DNA of 37,981 nucleotides from IMG/VR virus record IMGVR_UViG_3300032218_000727, positions 1 through 37,981 of that record. The stretch is one strand, 5' to 3'. Below, piece after piece: positions 24,501-32,229 of this stretch. Origin of the DNA: a virus. Lineage: Duplodnaviria > Caudoviricetes. Numbering within the stretch: the stretch's first letter is position 1; each line of letters opens with the position of its first letter. Under the pieces are notes generated by a model. The model had not been told where the DNA came from and did not search any database. It was given only the letters and a program-made list of their open reading frames with translations. The translations under genes were made by a program, and so were the position numbers.

Positions 24501-26736
24501 GCAAGGCTTCGTGATTTAAAGTGCGGATAGGATCAGAACTAGACAAAGATACACGAATCATATTGTCAAAGTAAGCACCGCTAATGTCTTCTGTTTTTCC
24601 TTCAAGAGAGCGGGTTAATTGTTCTTCAAAACGTAAACCAACATCTTTTAAGCCCATCTTATCCAATGCTCTACGGAAATCGGCAGCTAACTTCTTGCCA
24701 TCAGCAATAAACTTATCTGAATATGGCGTAGCTACTTCAGCTCTAAAGCTTGGAGTTACAGGCTCTCTATATACATATTCTGCTGGAGTAACAGCTTCTG
24801 CAGGAACTGCTGGCTCTGGGGCTACAAACTCAGGAGTTGTTGCAGCTACTTGCTCTTCAGTTGGAACTGCTTCTTTTAGTTGTTGTAATGTTTCTAGATG
24901 ATCTTGTAATCGCTGATCTGATTTTGTGTAGGCATCTAGTAATGTATTGTAGTTTGATTCAGCATCTGCAGACAATGGAGTAGATACAGGTTCGCCATCA
25001 TAAATCTGTTTTACTTTATCAATAAACGCATTAACGCCGCCTTGATCATCTGGGTTATTGATCTCTGCTTCTGTCATTAATCCAGATTCTGCAGCCATTC
25101 TAGCCAAGTCATCTACTTCAAAACCTTTTTCTCGGCTATTGATGAACATACCTTTAAGCTTGCTCTTTGGCAAAGCGATGTTTGGGTTTGCTACTGGAGC
25201 AATAACATCACCATAAGATGTGCTTTTGATTGGATGTTCTTGTAAGAAACGTTTGAATGCATTGCTATCTTGAGTGTACTGAGACTTTGCAGCATCTAGC
25301 TCTTTGCTTAAACGATTAACATCGGACTGATATTCCTTAGTCTTAAGAGTCTGTACATCTAAATCAGTTGGGTTAATTGCAATACTCTTGTTGTCAGCAT
25401 CAACAGTTTTAATTGGATTGTTATTGACATCAAATAATTGAATCTTAGAGCCTGTTCTATTTGGTACGCCTTTGTAATACTGAACGCCATTTTCTGGATC
25501 AAAGTAAGCTACGTTCTGTTCTGGTGAACGAGCTGGTTCTTTTGGCATAGCAGCAATGTCTGCTATCTGCTGTTTTTGTGCAACTTGATTTGCATAGTAT
25601 TGTTTATATTGCTCTGCTTCTTGTAGTTTTTCTAAGCTATCGGCTATATCACCAGTAGGAGAAACAAAGAATGGCTGTGGTTCTGGAGCATCTGCTACAG
25701 GAATGTTAACTTGTTGTGGTTCATTAGTTTGTGCAGCTAATGCTTGAGCTTGAGCTATATCACGACCAGCTTGAGCTTTGTTTGATACACGCCCAATAAT
25801 ACCAATAGGGCCAAGAAGAGATACGGCAAATGCTGTTTCGCCATATTCTTTAAGGGCATCATCATTAGTTAACGGTAAGCCAGCCTGCGCTCTTTCAAGC
25901 ATTTGTTGAGTGACTTCTGTTGGTATCTCTGCCAATACGCCAGTTGCTGTACCTTTAGCAATAGTTGCAAGCAATGTCTCTTCGGCTAACTTAGATCCGC
26001 TACCGCCAACCAATTTACCTACGGTTGGACCAAGTATCTTGGATACAATGTTTCCTCCCAATGGAAGTAACGTACCAATAACATCTAATCCTGCTTGTGG
26101 AACAGCGGTTCCTGCTGCGGCAGCACGGCTAATATCTAAGGGTTTACCCTGAGCTTGTTGAGCTTCTGCTTGGCGTTGAATATTGCCGCCATACTGCTGG
26201 ACAAATGATGGAGCAAATGCACCAGCAATACCACCCAATACTGTACCCACACCCGGAACAACAGATCCGGCTGCAGCACCAGCTAATCCGCCAGCAATCG
26301 TTGCGCCAATATTAGGAGCTTGTTCTGCAAGAGCAGATGGAATTTGACTGGCCAATTCTTTAGCGGCTGGTAATATCCCTTGTTGGTTATAAACGTCTTT
26401 AAGGCGCTCTAAACTAGCTCCTGTACCCAACCTAGCCTGAATGTCTGCTTGACGTTCCTGTGACCTTCTAGCGGCTTCCTCGCCGCCTTTTGTAACGGAT
26501 TCATATGCGGTTTGAAGGGTAGAGCCTAATTGCTCTAGTCCACGACGAGCTGATGTACCTACTCCACCTTTAGTTTCTACTTTTGCGGGTGCAGATAAAT
26601 GGGAAATAATTTCATCATCAGAATATCCAGACGCACGAGCTGCTGCAGAATCAAAGCCTTTTTGTTGGCCTAAATAGTCTGCAACTTCGTTTGGAGTGTA
26701 TCCAGATTTTAAAGCGGCATCTACATCAAAAGCCAT
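21568..26736 (-). CDS. Giant internal virion/ejection protein, large-polyvalent-protein type (C-terminal LPD38-like domain, central HExxH zincin-like motif)
   Basis: 1722 aa; Gly/Ala hydrophobic N-terminal helices; LNHEALH...EEAIA; PFFNA.LQG and W..DNFW....RIPKPFE.G motifs. Confidence 0.75.
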   Translation of the reverse strand: MAFDVDAALKSGYTPNEVADYLGQQKGFDSAAARASGYSDDEIISHLSAPAKVETKGGVGTSARRGLEQLGSTLQTAYESVTKGGEEAARRSQERQADIQARLGTGASLERLKDVYNQQGILPAAKELASQIPSALAEQAPNIGATIAGGLAGAAAGSVVPGVGTVLGGIAGAFAPSFVQQYGGNIQRQAEAQQAQGKPLDISRAAAAGTAVPQAGLDVIGTLLPLGGNIVSKILGPTVGKLVGGSGSKLAEETLLATIAKGTATGVLAEIPTEVTQQMLERAQAGLPLTNDDALKEYGETAFAVSLLGPIGIIGRVSNKAQAGRDIAQAQALAAQTNEPQQVNIPVADAPEPQPFFVSPTGDIADSLEKLQEAEQYKQYYANQVAQKQQIADIAAMPKEPARSPEQNVAYFDPENGVQYYKGVPNRTGSKIQLFDVNNNPIKTVDADNKSIAINPTDLDVQTLKTKEYQSDVNRLSKELDAAKSQYTQDSNAFKRFLQEHPIKSTSYGDVIAPVANPNIALPKSKLKGMFINSREKGFEVDDLARMAAESGLMTEAEINNPDDQGGVNAFIDKVKQIYDGEPVSTPLSADAESNYNTLLDAYTKSDQRLQDHLETLQQLKEAVPTEEQVAATTPEFVAPEPAVPAEAVTPAEYVYREPVTPSFRAEVATPYSDKFIADGKKLAADFRRALDKMGLKDVGLRFEEQLTRSLEGKTEDISGAYFDNMIRVSLSSSDPIRTLNHEALHAMKDLGMFSNKEWKMLEDTAKSKWMKQYDIAKGYGQETKEIQLEEAIAHAFADYQKQKPAIKALANRVRQFLGQLRNLVMGKGFRTAESVFQRAAEGKLKPTQAPTVSEARAEVPERKKFKAPMQGVDPAYAEKLRSTFTQEKATVKEKMEGLKKNFFERMVTGLFDEFRAIKKYDPVAYMMARLSKSTDGGLQGLLEYGQLYLKDGALDIRPNTKGLLDILAPVGSEVDQYQSWKALSRDAALPVDKRSLPADLVAGRDQLIKGDLNGKPRKAVYEQALREENELNKSVLQIAKELGLIDQEGYNKFANDIYYIPFYKMMEDGDVQSVSSASKLTGQQFSKALKGGEKKLNDLMENVLMNWSHILSAAMKNQAAVKTIDAAEKMGAAKIATMTAGKYPPDTVKVMKDGQAVHYQISDPDLVDAIATISYLGPKSQFLDVAKGFTNALRYGITMSPAYKVRNLIRDSIQSASVSELGPNMFSNVYNGLAMSKDGHPTFMSALAAGGIFEMGVAHEGNQAKLIKRLVDKGVNANHILDTPDKIKAKLQSALEWYNEQGNKFENANRLALYQKLIDSGKTHLEASYAARDLMDFSMQGQFKAIKIIGSVVPFFNARLQGLYKLGRDGVTPTYRVICNATTGAPLEIGDKEKAMRFTTISSAVMLASLALYGMYKDDEDFKRREDWDRDNFWWFKIGDTAFRIPKPFEIGSLGTIAERTYEQITDENVEGKIFAERLNSILANTLSLNPMPQMIKPMIDLYANKDSFTGAPIESAGMENLSKQERVNNKTSGVAIALGGISEGAAKVLTFNPQAQGFSPIQVDYAIKAYFGWLGATATSTADLAVEPFQEGTKVHPPIVDTLAMGFIKTEPETQSKYMTQFYQNNANLQSALADMRHYAELGDSAKVQEIIEEKGKDIALAKVYDKTSKQFSELRKQSRFIENSKDIPADEKRAEMVRLKILMSDMAAQIETMRKQLNK

Positions 26737-26748
26737 ACCTACTCCAAG

Positions 26749-28758
26749 TTATTTATTGAATGAACCTAATGGCGGTCTGCTTCCTGCTACAGGAGATGTT
26801 TGGGCTACATCCAATCCGGGATATGCTAGTTTATCTAAGTATTGTAATTTAGGATCATTTGCAATAGCAGCTTTTTCCCTATTATAAGCTTCCATTAATT
26901 TGGGATCAATTCCCCAGCCAACCATTTTGGAATATCTGCTATCAAGTTCTGAAATCTTTTTAGTGTAATATGCATTGGCAAGCTGAATATTGCGATCTTG
27001 ATCTTTATATTTCGCTTCAGTTGTTTTGCGCTCTGTTTCGCCTTCTCTATAGGCTTTAGTAAGTTCTCGTGTTTCTTTAGCGCCTTCTTCAGCAGCACCA
27101 ATCTTATACAAACCAAGACGAGCAGCCAAAATATCTTTAGCTTCATCTGCTTCTTGTTTCTTGAGGGCGCCATATGTACCTACACCACCAGCTAATGATG
27201 CACCAATATTTTGACCCAAGTATCTAGAACCACTTTGTAATCCAGCAGCACCAGCACCTAACAAAGAAAGTCCAAGTTGCAACTTTTTGTTTTGAGCAGC
27301 CGCAGCAGCTTGGGCTTTAATGCTGTCTCTTAATTCTTGAGCGTACTGTTGTGCTTCGGTTAAAGGAGCTGGTCCTTCTGGAACTTTTTCGGGAGCATAC
27401 TTGTTAGGCCCAAATCCAATATCAACAGCACCAAGCGGAACATAAGGAGTTAAAGGAGCTGGAGCTTGACCAATTGGAATGGCTGCATATTTATTAGCTT
27501 CTTGGTCTTCCATATCTTGAGTTGCCGCAAACATAGCACGATCCGCATCGGTTAAATTTGCTAAACGCTCTTCGCCTTCAGCTTCTTTTGCAGTTTTAAT
27601 ATTAAATTTTGAACGAAGCCTATCAATTATGTTATCTCCTACATAATTTGTATAATTTTTAGATGAAACACCAATATCTCCCATCATTGCATATGGGTTA
27701 TCTGTTCCACTTTCTACCTCACCAGCCCTAGCAAAATGTTTAACAGAACCACCTTGAGCTAAGCCAGCAATATAGTTGCGTGTCTCACCAGATAATGTAT
27801 CTAAACCACCTTGACGCTTAAGAGCTTTGTCAACGTTGCCGGGGCCAGCATTGTAAGCAGCCGCAGCAGTTCTTGGATCGCCATATTTAGAGTGCATCTG
27901 CTTAAGGTAAGCAATGCCACCACGAATGTTTTCCATTGGATCGTGAGGGTTTACACCTAGACCAGCAGCAGTCTTAGGCATTAATTGCATAATACCAATA
28001 GCACCAGCTTTAGAGCGGGCGGACTCTGGATCTTTAAGGTTGCCAGTTTCTTTGTATAACACATGCAATGCTAAGTTAGGATCAACGCCTTGACGTTTAG
28101 CTTCTTCTAATACAGCGGTTTCATACTTATGGCTACCACGTGGTGTAGCAATTGTTTGTACTTCTTTAGCTGTTTCATATGACTGAGGAATGGCTGCTTT
28201 AACCTTTTCATATGCAATTGGCAATCCTTCTTTTACTGCTTGAACTGCTTGTGTTCCTCTATCTGCTAAGCTACGAACTCCGCCAGAAATATTTGCTGGA
28301 AGCGCTGCAATCATTGCACGAAGATCAGATGCTGATGCTTGTGGAAACAAACGAGCCATTTCACGATCATCTTCTTCGTCATCATCTAAGCTCATTCCGC
28401 CGCCAGCAAAAGCTACGATACCTCCAGCAGCCATACCTTGTGGCATACCTGTAGGTAACTGAGCTACGCCCGGCTGGTTCTCTGGTAATTGCTGAGCCAT
28501 TTGAGCGGCTTGTGGAGCTTGTTGCATAGCAGCAGCCTGCAACATTCTTGGATCAATTTGTGGAGGAGCTGCTTGTTGTAACACGTCATTAGCAACAGTA
28601 GATGCAGGAGGCTGAGCCTGTGCGCTTAATTGTTGACGGCGCTGAATCTCTGCTAGCGCCAAGAACTGTGGCACTACGCTATTAGGATTACGGGCGTAAT
28701 CTATTAAGCGATTCTGTGGAACGTCTTTTAACTGTTCTGATAACTGTGAAATATTCAT
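26749..28758 (-). CDS. Internal virion protein with soluble lytic transglycosylase (SLT) domain
   Basis: VLYKETG (catalytic Glu), SKAGAIGIMQLMP.TA, AAYNAGPG, ETRNY. Confidence 0.85.
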   Translation of the reverse strand: MNISQLSEQLKDVPQNRLIDYARNPNSVVPQFLALAEIQRRQQLSAQAQPPASTVANDVLQQAAPPQIDPRMLQAAAMQQAPQAAQMAQQLPENQPGVAQLPTGMPQGMAAGGIVAFAGGGMSLDDDEEDDREMARLFPQASASDLRAMIAALPANISGGVRSLADRGTQAVQAVKEGLPIAYEKVKAAIPQSYETAKEVQTIATPRGSHKYETAVLEEAKRQGVDPNLALHVLYKETGNLKDPESARSKAGAIGIMQLMPKTAAGLGVNPHDPMENIRGGIAYLKQMHSKYGDPRTAAAAYNAGPGNVDKALKRQGGLDTLSGETRNYIAGLAQGGSVKHFARAGEVESGTDNPYAMMGDIGVSSKNYTNYVGDNIIDRLRSKFNIKTAKEAEGEERLANLTDADRAMFAATQDMEDQEANKYAAIPIGQAPAPLTPYVPLGAVDIGFGPNKYAPEKVPEGPAPLTEAQQYAQELRDSIKAQAAAAAQNKKLQLGLSLLGAGAAGLQSGSRYLGQNIGASLAGGVGTYGALKKQEADEAKDILAARLGLYKIGAAEEGAKETRELTKAYREGETERKTTEAKYKDQDRNIQLANAYYTKKISELDSRYSKMVGWGIDPKLMEAYNREKAAIANDPKLQYLDKLAYPGLDVAQTSPVAGSRPPLGSFNK

Positions 28759-28760
28759 GC

Positions 28761-29915
28761 TTAACCCAATAATTGATGGAGTTTAATATCTGCCAAGCTA
28801 GAGCCTTCGCTCTTAACAATGCCGCCTCTAGCATATCCTTTTACTTTTCCGCCCTTATTGAATGCTTTATACAATAAGCCAAGACCTGCCAATGTAGTAC
28901 CAAGATTTAAAGCAGTACCGAGTGTATTGGGAGGCGCTGTATATGCTTGGTTTGTTTGACTAGTGCTAGCAATTGGCAAGTTAGATAGCATGCCTTGTGC
29001 AAACTGTTGTTGCTGATACGGCCACAGTTGTTGCTGTTGACCAAACTGATTCTGTAATTGCAACTGTGCTAACTTAGCTTGAGCTTCTTGTGCGCCAATG
29101 TTGCCTAATACACCACCGGCTTGAGTAGCACCACCATATCCAGCTTGTGCGCCAGATACGCCTTGTAAGCCAACTTGAGTTCCCTGCATAGCAGTACCAA
29201 GACCTTGCAATCCTACTTGCTGACCTTGCATACCGGCTTGTAAACCCTGTAATCCTAAGTTAGCGCCAAACTGTTGAGCTTGTTGAGCTTGTTGGAATGC
29301 TTGTGTATAGCCTTGACCAATTGCTTGTTGTCGAGCTAAATCAGCATTCTGAGCATTTAAACCTTGAGCTAAGGTAGCACGATTACCACCAAAGGCACCT
29401 TGTCCTGCAGACTGTCCTTGAATTCCTTGTGCAGCAATTTGCTGTTGTTGATTCAACATGGCAAGCTGTGGAGCTAGCGCTTGTTGAACAAAAGGGTTCA
29501 TGTACGCTTTGATAGCATTAGGATCTGTAGCTTGCTGTGCGTACATATCTCCAGCACGGCTAGCAGCTATACCCATGGCTGAACCTAGTTCACCATACTT
29601 AGTACCTTGTGCGCCGTATTGAGCGCCTTGCTGACCATATTGAAGAGCAATAGGGGCGGTACTTAATGAACCTTCGCCGCCAGCTTGAGCTAATGCAGCA
29701 CCTTTTGCAAAGTAACTTGGAAGACTTAAATTAGCAGCGCCGACATAAGACTGGTTTAATAGTCCGGGAGTTTGTTGATTAGCAATGAGGTTTTGAGTAG
29801 CATTTAAATAATTGCTAACGTAAGGTTGCGCCCATGGCTGAATCGACGGAGTAGCCGTAGATGTTGTTTGTGATGCTGGACTTGAAGTATCAATTCCCTG
29901 TGTAGTTAATGGCAT
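28761..29915 (-). CDS. Gln/Gly/Ala-rich DNA ejection (pilot-like) protein
   Basis: Composition; YMNP, GAFGG.R motif; C-terminal hydrophobic helix; position among virion genes. Confidence 0.6.
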   Translation of the reverse strand: MPLTTQGIDTSSPASQTTSTATPSIQPWAQPYVSNYLNATQNLIANQQTPGLLNQSYVGAANLSLPSYFAKGAALAQAGGEGSLSTAPIALQYGQQGAQYGAQGTKYGELGSAMGIAASRAGDMYAQQATDPNAIKAYMNPFVQQALAPQLAMLNQQQQIAAQGIQGQSAGQGAFGGNRATLAQGLNAQNADLARQQAIGQGYTQAFQQAQQAQQFGANLGLQGLQAGMQGQQVGLQGLGTAMQGTQVGLQGVSGAQAGYGGATQAGGVLGNIGAQEAQAKLAQLQLQNQFGQQQQLWPYQQQQFAQGMLSNLPIASTSQTNQAYTAPPNTLGTALNLGTTLAGLGLLYKAFNKGGKVKGYARGGIVKSEGSSLADIKLHQLLG

Positions 29916-29918
29916 CTC

Positions 29919-31874
29919 TTATCCTTTTGGTAAAAACTTCTCTGGATTAATTCTCTTGCCCTGCTTATGGTTTCCAGTGCGGGCTTGACGAATCCTATCC
30001 ATCATCTTATATAAATGCTTCGCTCCAGCATCTGTAGATCCATTTCCTAAATGAGATACTACGTCGGCTGGGATAACAAATTCTCCATCAGCAAGACGAG
30101 CTGGCTGATCCTGACCAATATTTGCGGGAATGTCATCAGACATACCATCTCCGGGTCCTTTTAATAGCTGGCCACCATCAGAGTATGAACCAAGTGATGC
30201 AATTCCGCCAGTCTCAAATGCTGGTCCGCCTTGAGCAAAAGCCCTAATACCAAAGTCCCTTGGATTGTATGCGTATGTATATGGCGTATATGCGCTACCT
30301 AATGTAGTTGGCATATTGAACATGGCTGGAGTTGTTGTTGTATGGGGTGTAGTAGTTGTAGTTGTAGAGGGACCACCTTGACCAGATGTAGCAGCTTGAT
30401 TTCCGCCTAAGCTGGACTTCAACATATTTAGTGCTGTATAAGCCGATAAAGCCTCTTTTGCTGTCATTCCACCAGTGGTAGCACCAGCTCCAGCTTCTAA
30501 TGCAGCGGCACCGGGAATTAATGTAGATGATAATTCTGGGGCAACACTTGTAATCCCATATGGAAGAGTTGTAGAGCTATAAGTAGGAGCAGCGGCAGAA
30601 TTAATAGCAGCCTGTGTTCCAGCATCAATAGTAGCACCGCCGCCTTCTGCTCCGATTGTTGCTCCACCAGCATCAGCCCCAAGAGCTGTAATTCCTCCGG
30701 CAGTGGTGGCCGCTGCTTCTGGTAATGCAAAAGCTGGACCAGCAAATGTACTCCCTGTTATCTCTGATAAAGGTACGGCGGCAGTGGCGGTTTCCCCAAG
30801 ACCTAAAAGCTCTGGTTGTGCTGTTGCAGCGGCTGCCGTAGCCAAAGCAAGCGCTACTAATCCGGGTTGAAGATCTTTTTGAAAGTTAAATCCAGAGCCA
30901 CCCGTTTCGGATAAAGTGGCTATACGCTGTACGTTTGCGTTGCGACCTTCGTTACTGCTGCTACCTAGTATAGATTTAATCTCTTTATCATCAAGCCCTG
31001 CAGCCTTAGCCTGTTCAATTGCAGAATTAATTTGAGGTTCCAATTGAGACAGTCTATCGCTACGATTTTGTCCAATCTGCCAACCTTGTTGTTGACCTAA
31101 AAAGTCCAGTTGATGTTTATACCATTGGGTTGGGTCTTGTTCTTTAGTGGCAGCAAACTGTTTATATAGATCATCGTAATTAGTGTTAGTTCTATAAGCC
31201 AGTTTTAACTGCTCTGCTAACTCAGCCATTGTTGGCGGCTTTGTTGGTTCCGTATCTTGTACTTGGCTATCATCTTCACCATCATAACGAGGAATACTAG
31301 CAATACCGCCCTTTGCAAATGGAATAGAATATCGTGCATTTGCTCCATAAGGAACCTGTCCACTAGGCATAGCTTTCATAGCTCTATAAGCGCTAATATC
31401 TAAATTACCGGGTCCTACTGGAATGTTATAACCTGCATCATAAGCTCCGGGCAATGTTGAAACTCCGTGTCGTCCGGGCATGGCGCCAATTAAACCAGAT
31501 ATACCAGCTCTAGCACTGCCTTCACCAAGTTGTTTTTCTGCTTGTAATCTCATCATAGCAGCTTGAACAGGAGTCATTGGACGGTCATCTAAACGTAACG
31601 GCATATATCTAGGATCATATTTTTGATCCATTGATCTTGCCATTCCGCTGAAATTAACATCATCATCACTAACATCTCCACCTTTAGCAAAGCGGGATAC
31701 TGGTTCACCAGTCAATGGATTTGTCTCAGGATCATAGTCTGCTTGTACGGCTTGGGCGCCCAATGGCATTTGCGTAGGGTTTGCATAGGTGCTATGGTCG
31801 ATTTGACTGCCCGGATACATACCGCCCGACACAAAGTCGTACTTTCCTAAGTCCGTGATTCCATTAGATGCCAT
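29919..31874 (-). CDS. Modular internal virion protein with FAxGG motifs and conserved C-terminal GPGDGxSD domain
   Basis: GPGDGMSDDIPA...ARLADGEFVIPADVVS.LGNGS..AG domain; multiple FAxGG motifs. Confidence 0.65.
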   Translation of the reverse strand: MASNGITDLGKYDFVSGGMYPGSQIDHSTYANPTQMPLGAQAVQADYDPETNPLTGEPVSRFAKGGDVSDDDVNFSGMARSMDQKYDPRYMPLRLDDRPMTPVQAAMMRLQAEKQLGEGSARAGISGLIGAMPGRHGVSTLPGAYDAGYNIPVGPGNLDISAYRAMKAMPSGQVPYGANARYSIPFAKGGIASIPRYDGEDDSQVQDTEPTKPPTMAELAEQLKLAYRTNTNYDDLYKQFAATKEQDPTQWYKHQLDFLGQQQGWQIGQNRSDRLSQLEPQINSAIEQAKAAGLDDKEIKSILGSSSNEGRNANVQRIATLSETGGSGFNFQKDLQPGLVALALATAAAATAQPELLGLGETATAAVPLSEITGSTFAGPAFALPEAAATTAGGITALGADAGGATIGAEGGGATIDAGTQAAINSAAAPTYSSTTLPYGITSVAPELSSTLIPGAAALEAGAGATTGGMTAKEALSAYTALNMLKSSLGGNQAATSGQGGPSTTTTTTPHTTTTPAMFNMPTTLGSAYTPYTYAYNPRDFGIRAFAQGGPAFETGGIASLGSYSDGGQLLKGPGDGMSDDIPANIGQDQPARLADGEFVIPADVVSHLGNGSTDAGAKHLYKMMDRIRQARTGNHKQGKRINPEKFLPKG

Positions 31875-31908
31875 ACAAATTCCTTGTAATTTTGTTGGAT
31901 TTTAGCAT

Positions 31909-32229
31909 TTATACCTTGACTTTCAAAACGTTTGAATTGGAGGTATCCATGTAGACATCCCCTATTCTAAGATAGGCTAAATCCACCTGTGTTGGTATGC
32001 TAACTACCCTAGTTCCGCTAGTAGCATTGACTTGGCTAAAGTTAAGCGCCCCAATGACCTTTGTCTGCCCATTAATGATGTTCCGCTGGGTTGACATGGA
32101 TGATGGACCCGGATTGTCCAATTGGGCAAAATACAGCCGTAAAACGTTATTGAGCTGATCCTGATACTGCTGGCTATATTCAACCGGCGCAATAGGTAAG
32201 TTAGGAGATTTAGTGGTACCAGTACTCAT
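31909..32229 (-). CDS. Small virion-associated hypothetical protein
   Basis: PNLP.AP.EY...Y..QL.N.LRLYF; ATGA-coupled to tail gene. Confidence 0.6.
   Translation of the reverse strand: MSTGTTKSPNLPIAPVEYSQQYQDQLNNVLRLYFAQLDNPGPSSMSTQRNIINGQTKVIGALNFSQVNATSGTRVVSIPTQVDLAYLRIGDVYMDTSNSNVLKVKV

Noticed and set aside
21350-28454. Plus-strand ORFs opposite the large virion genes
   Set aside because: Antisense shadow frames lacking RBS and protein-like features
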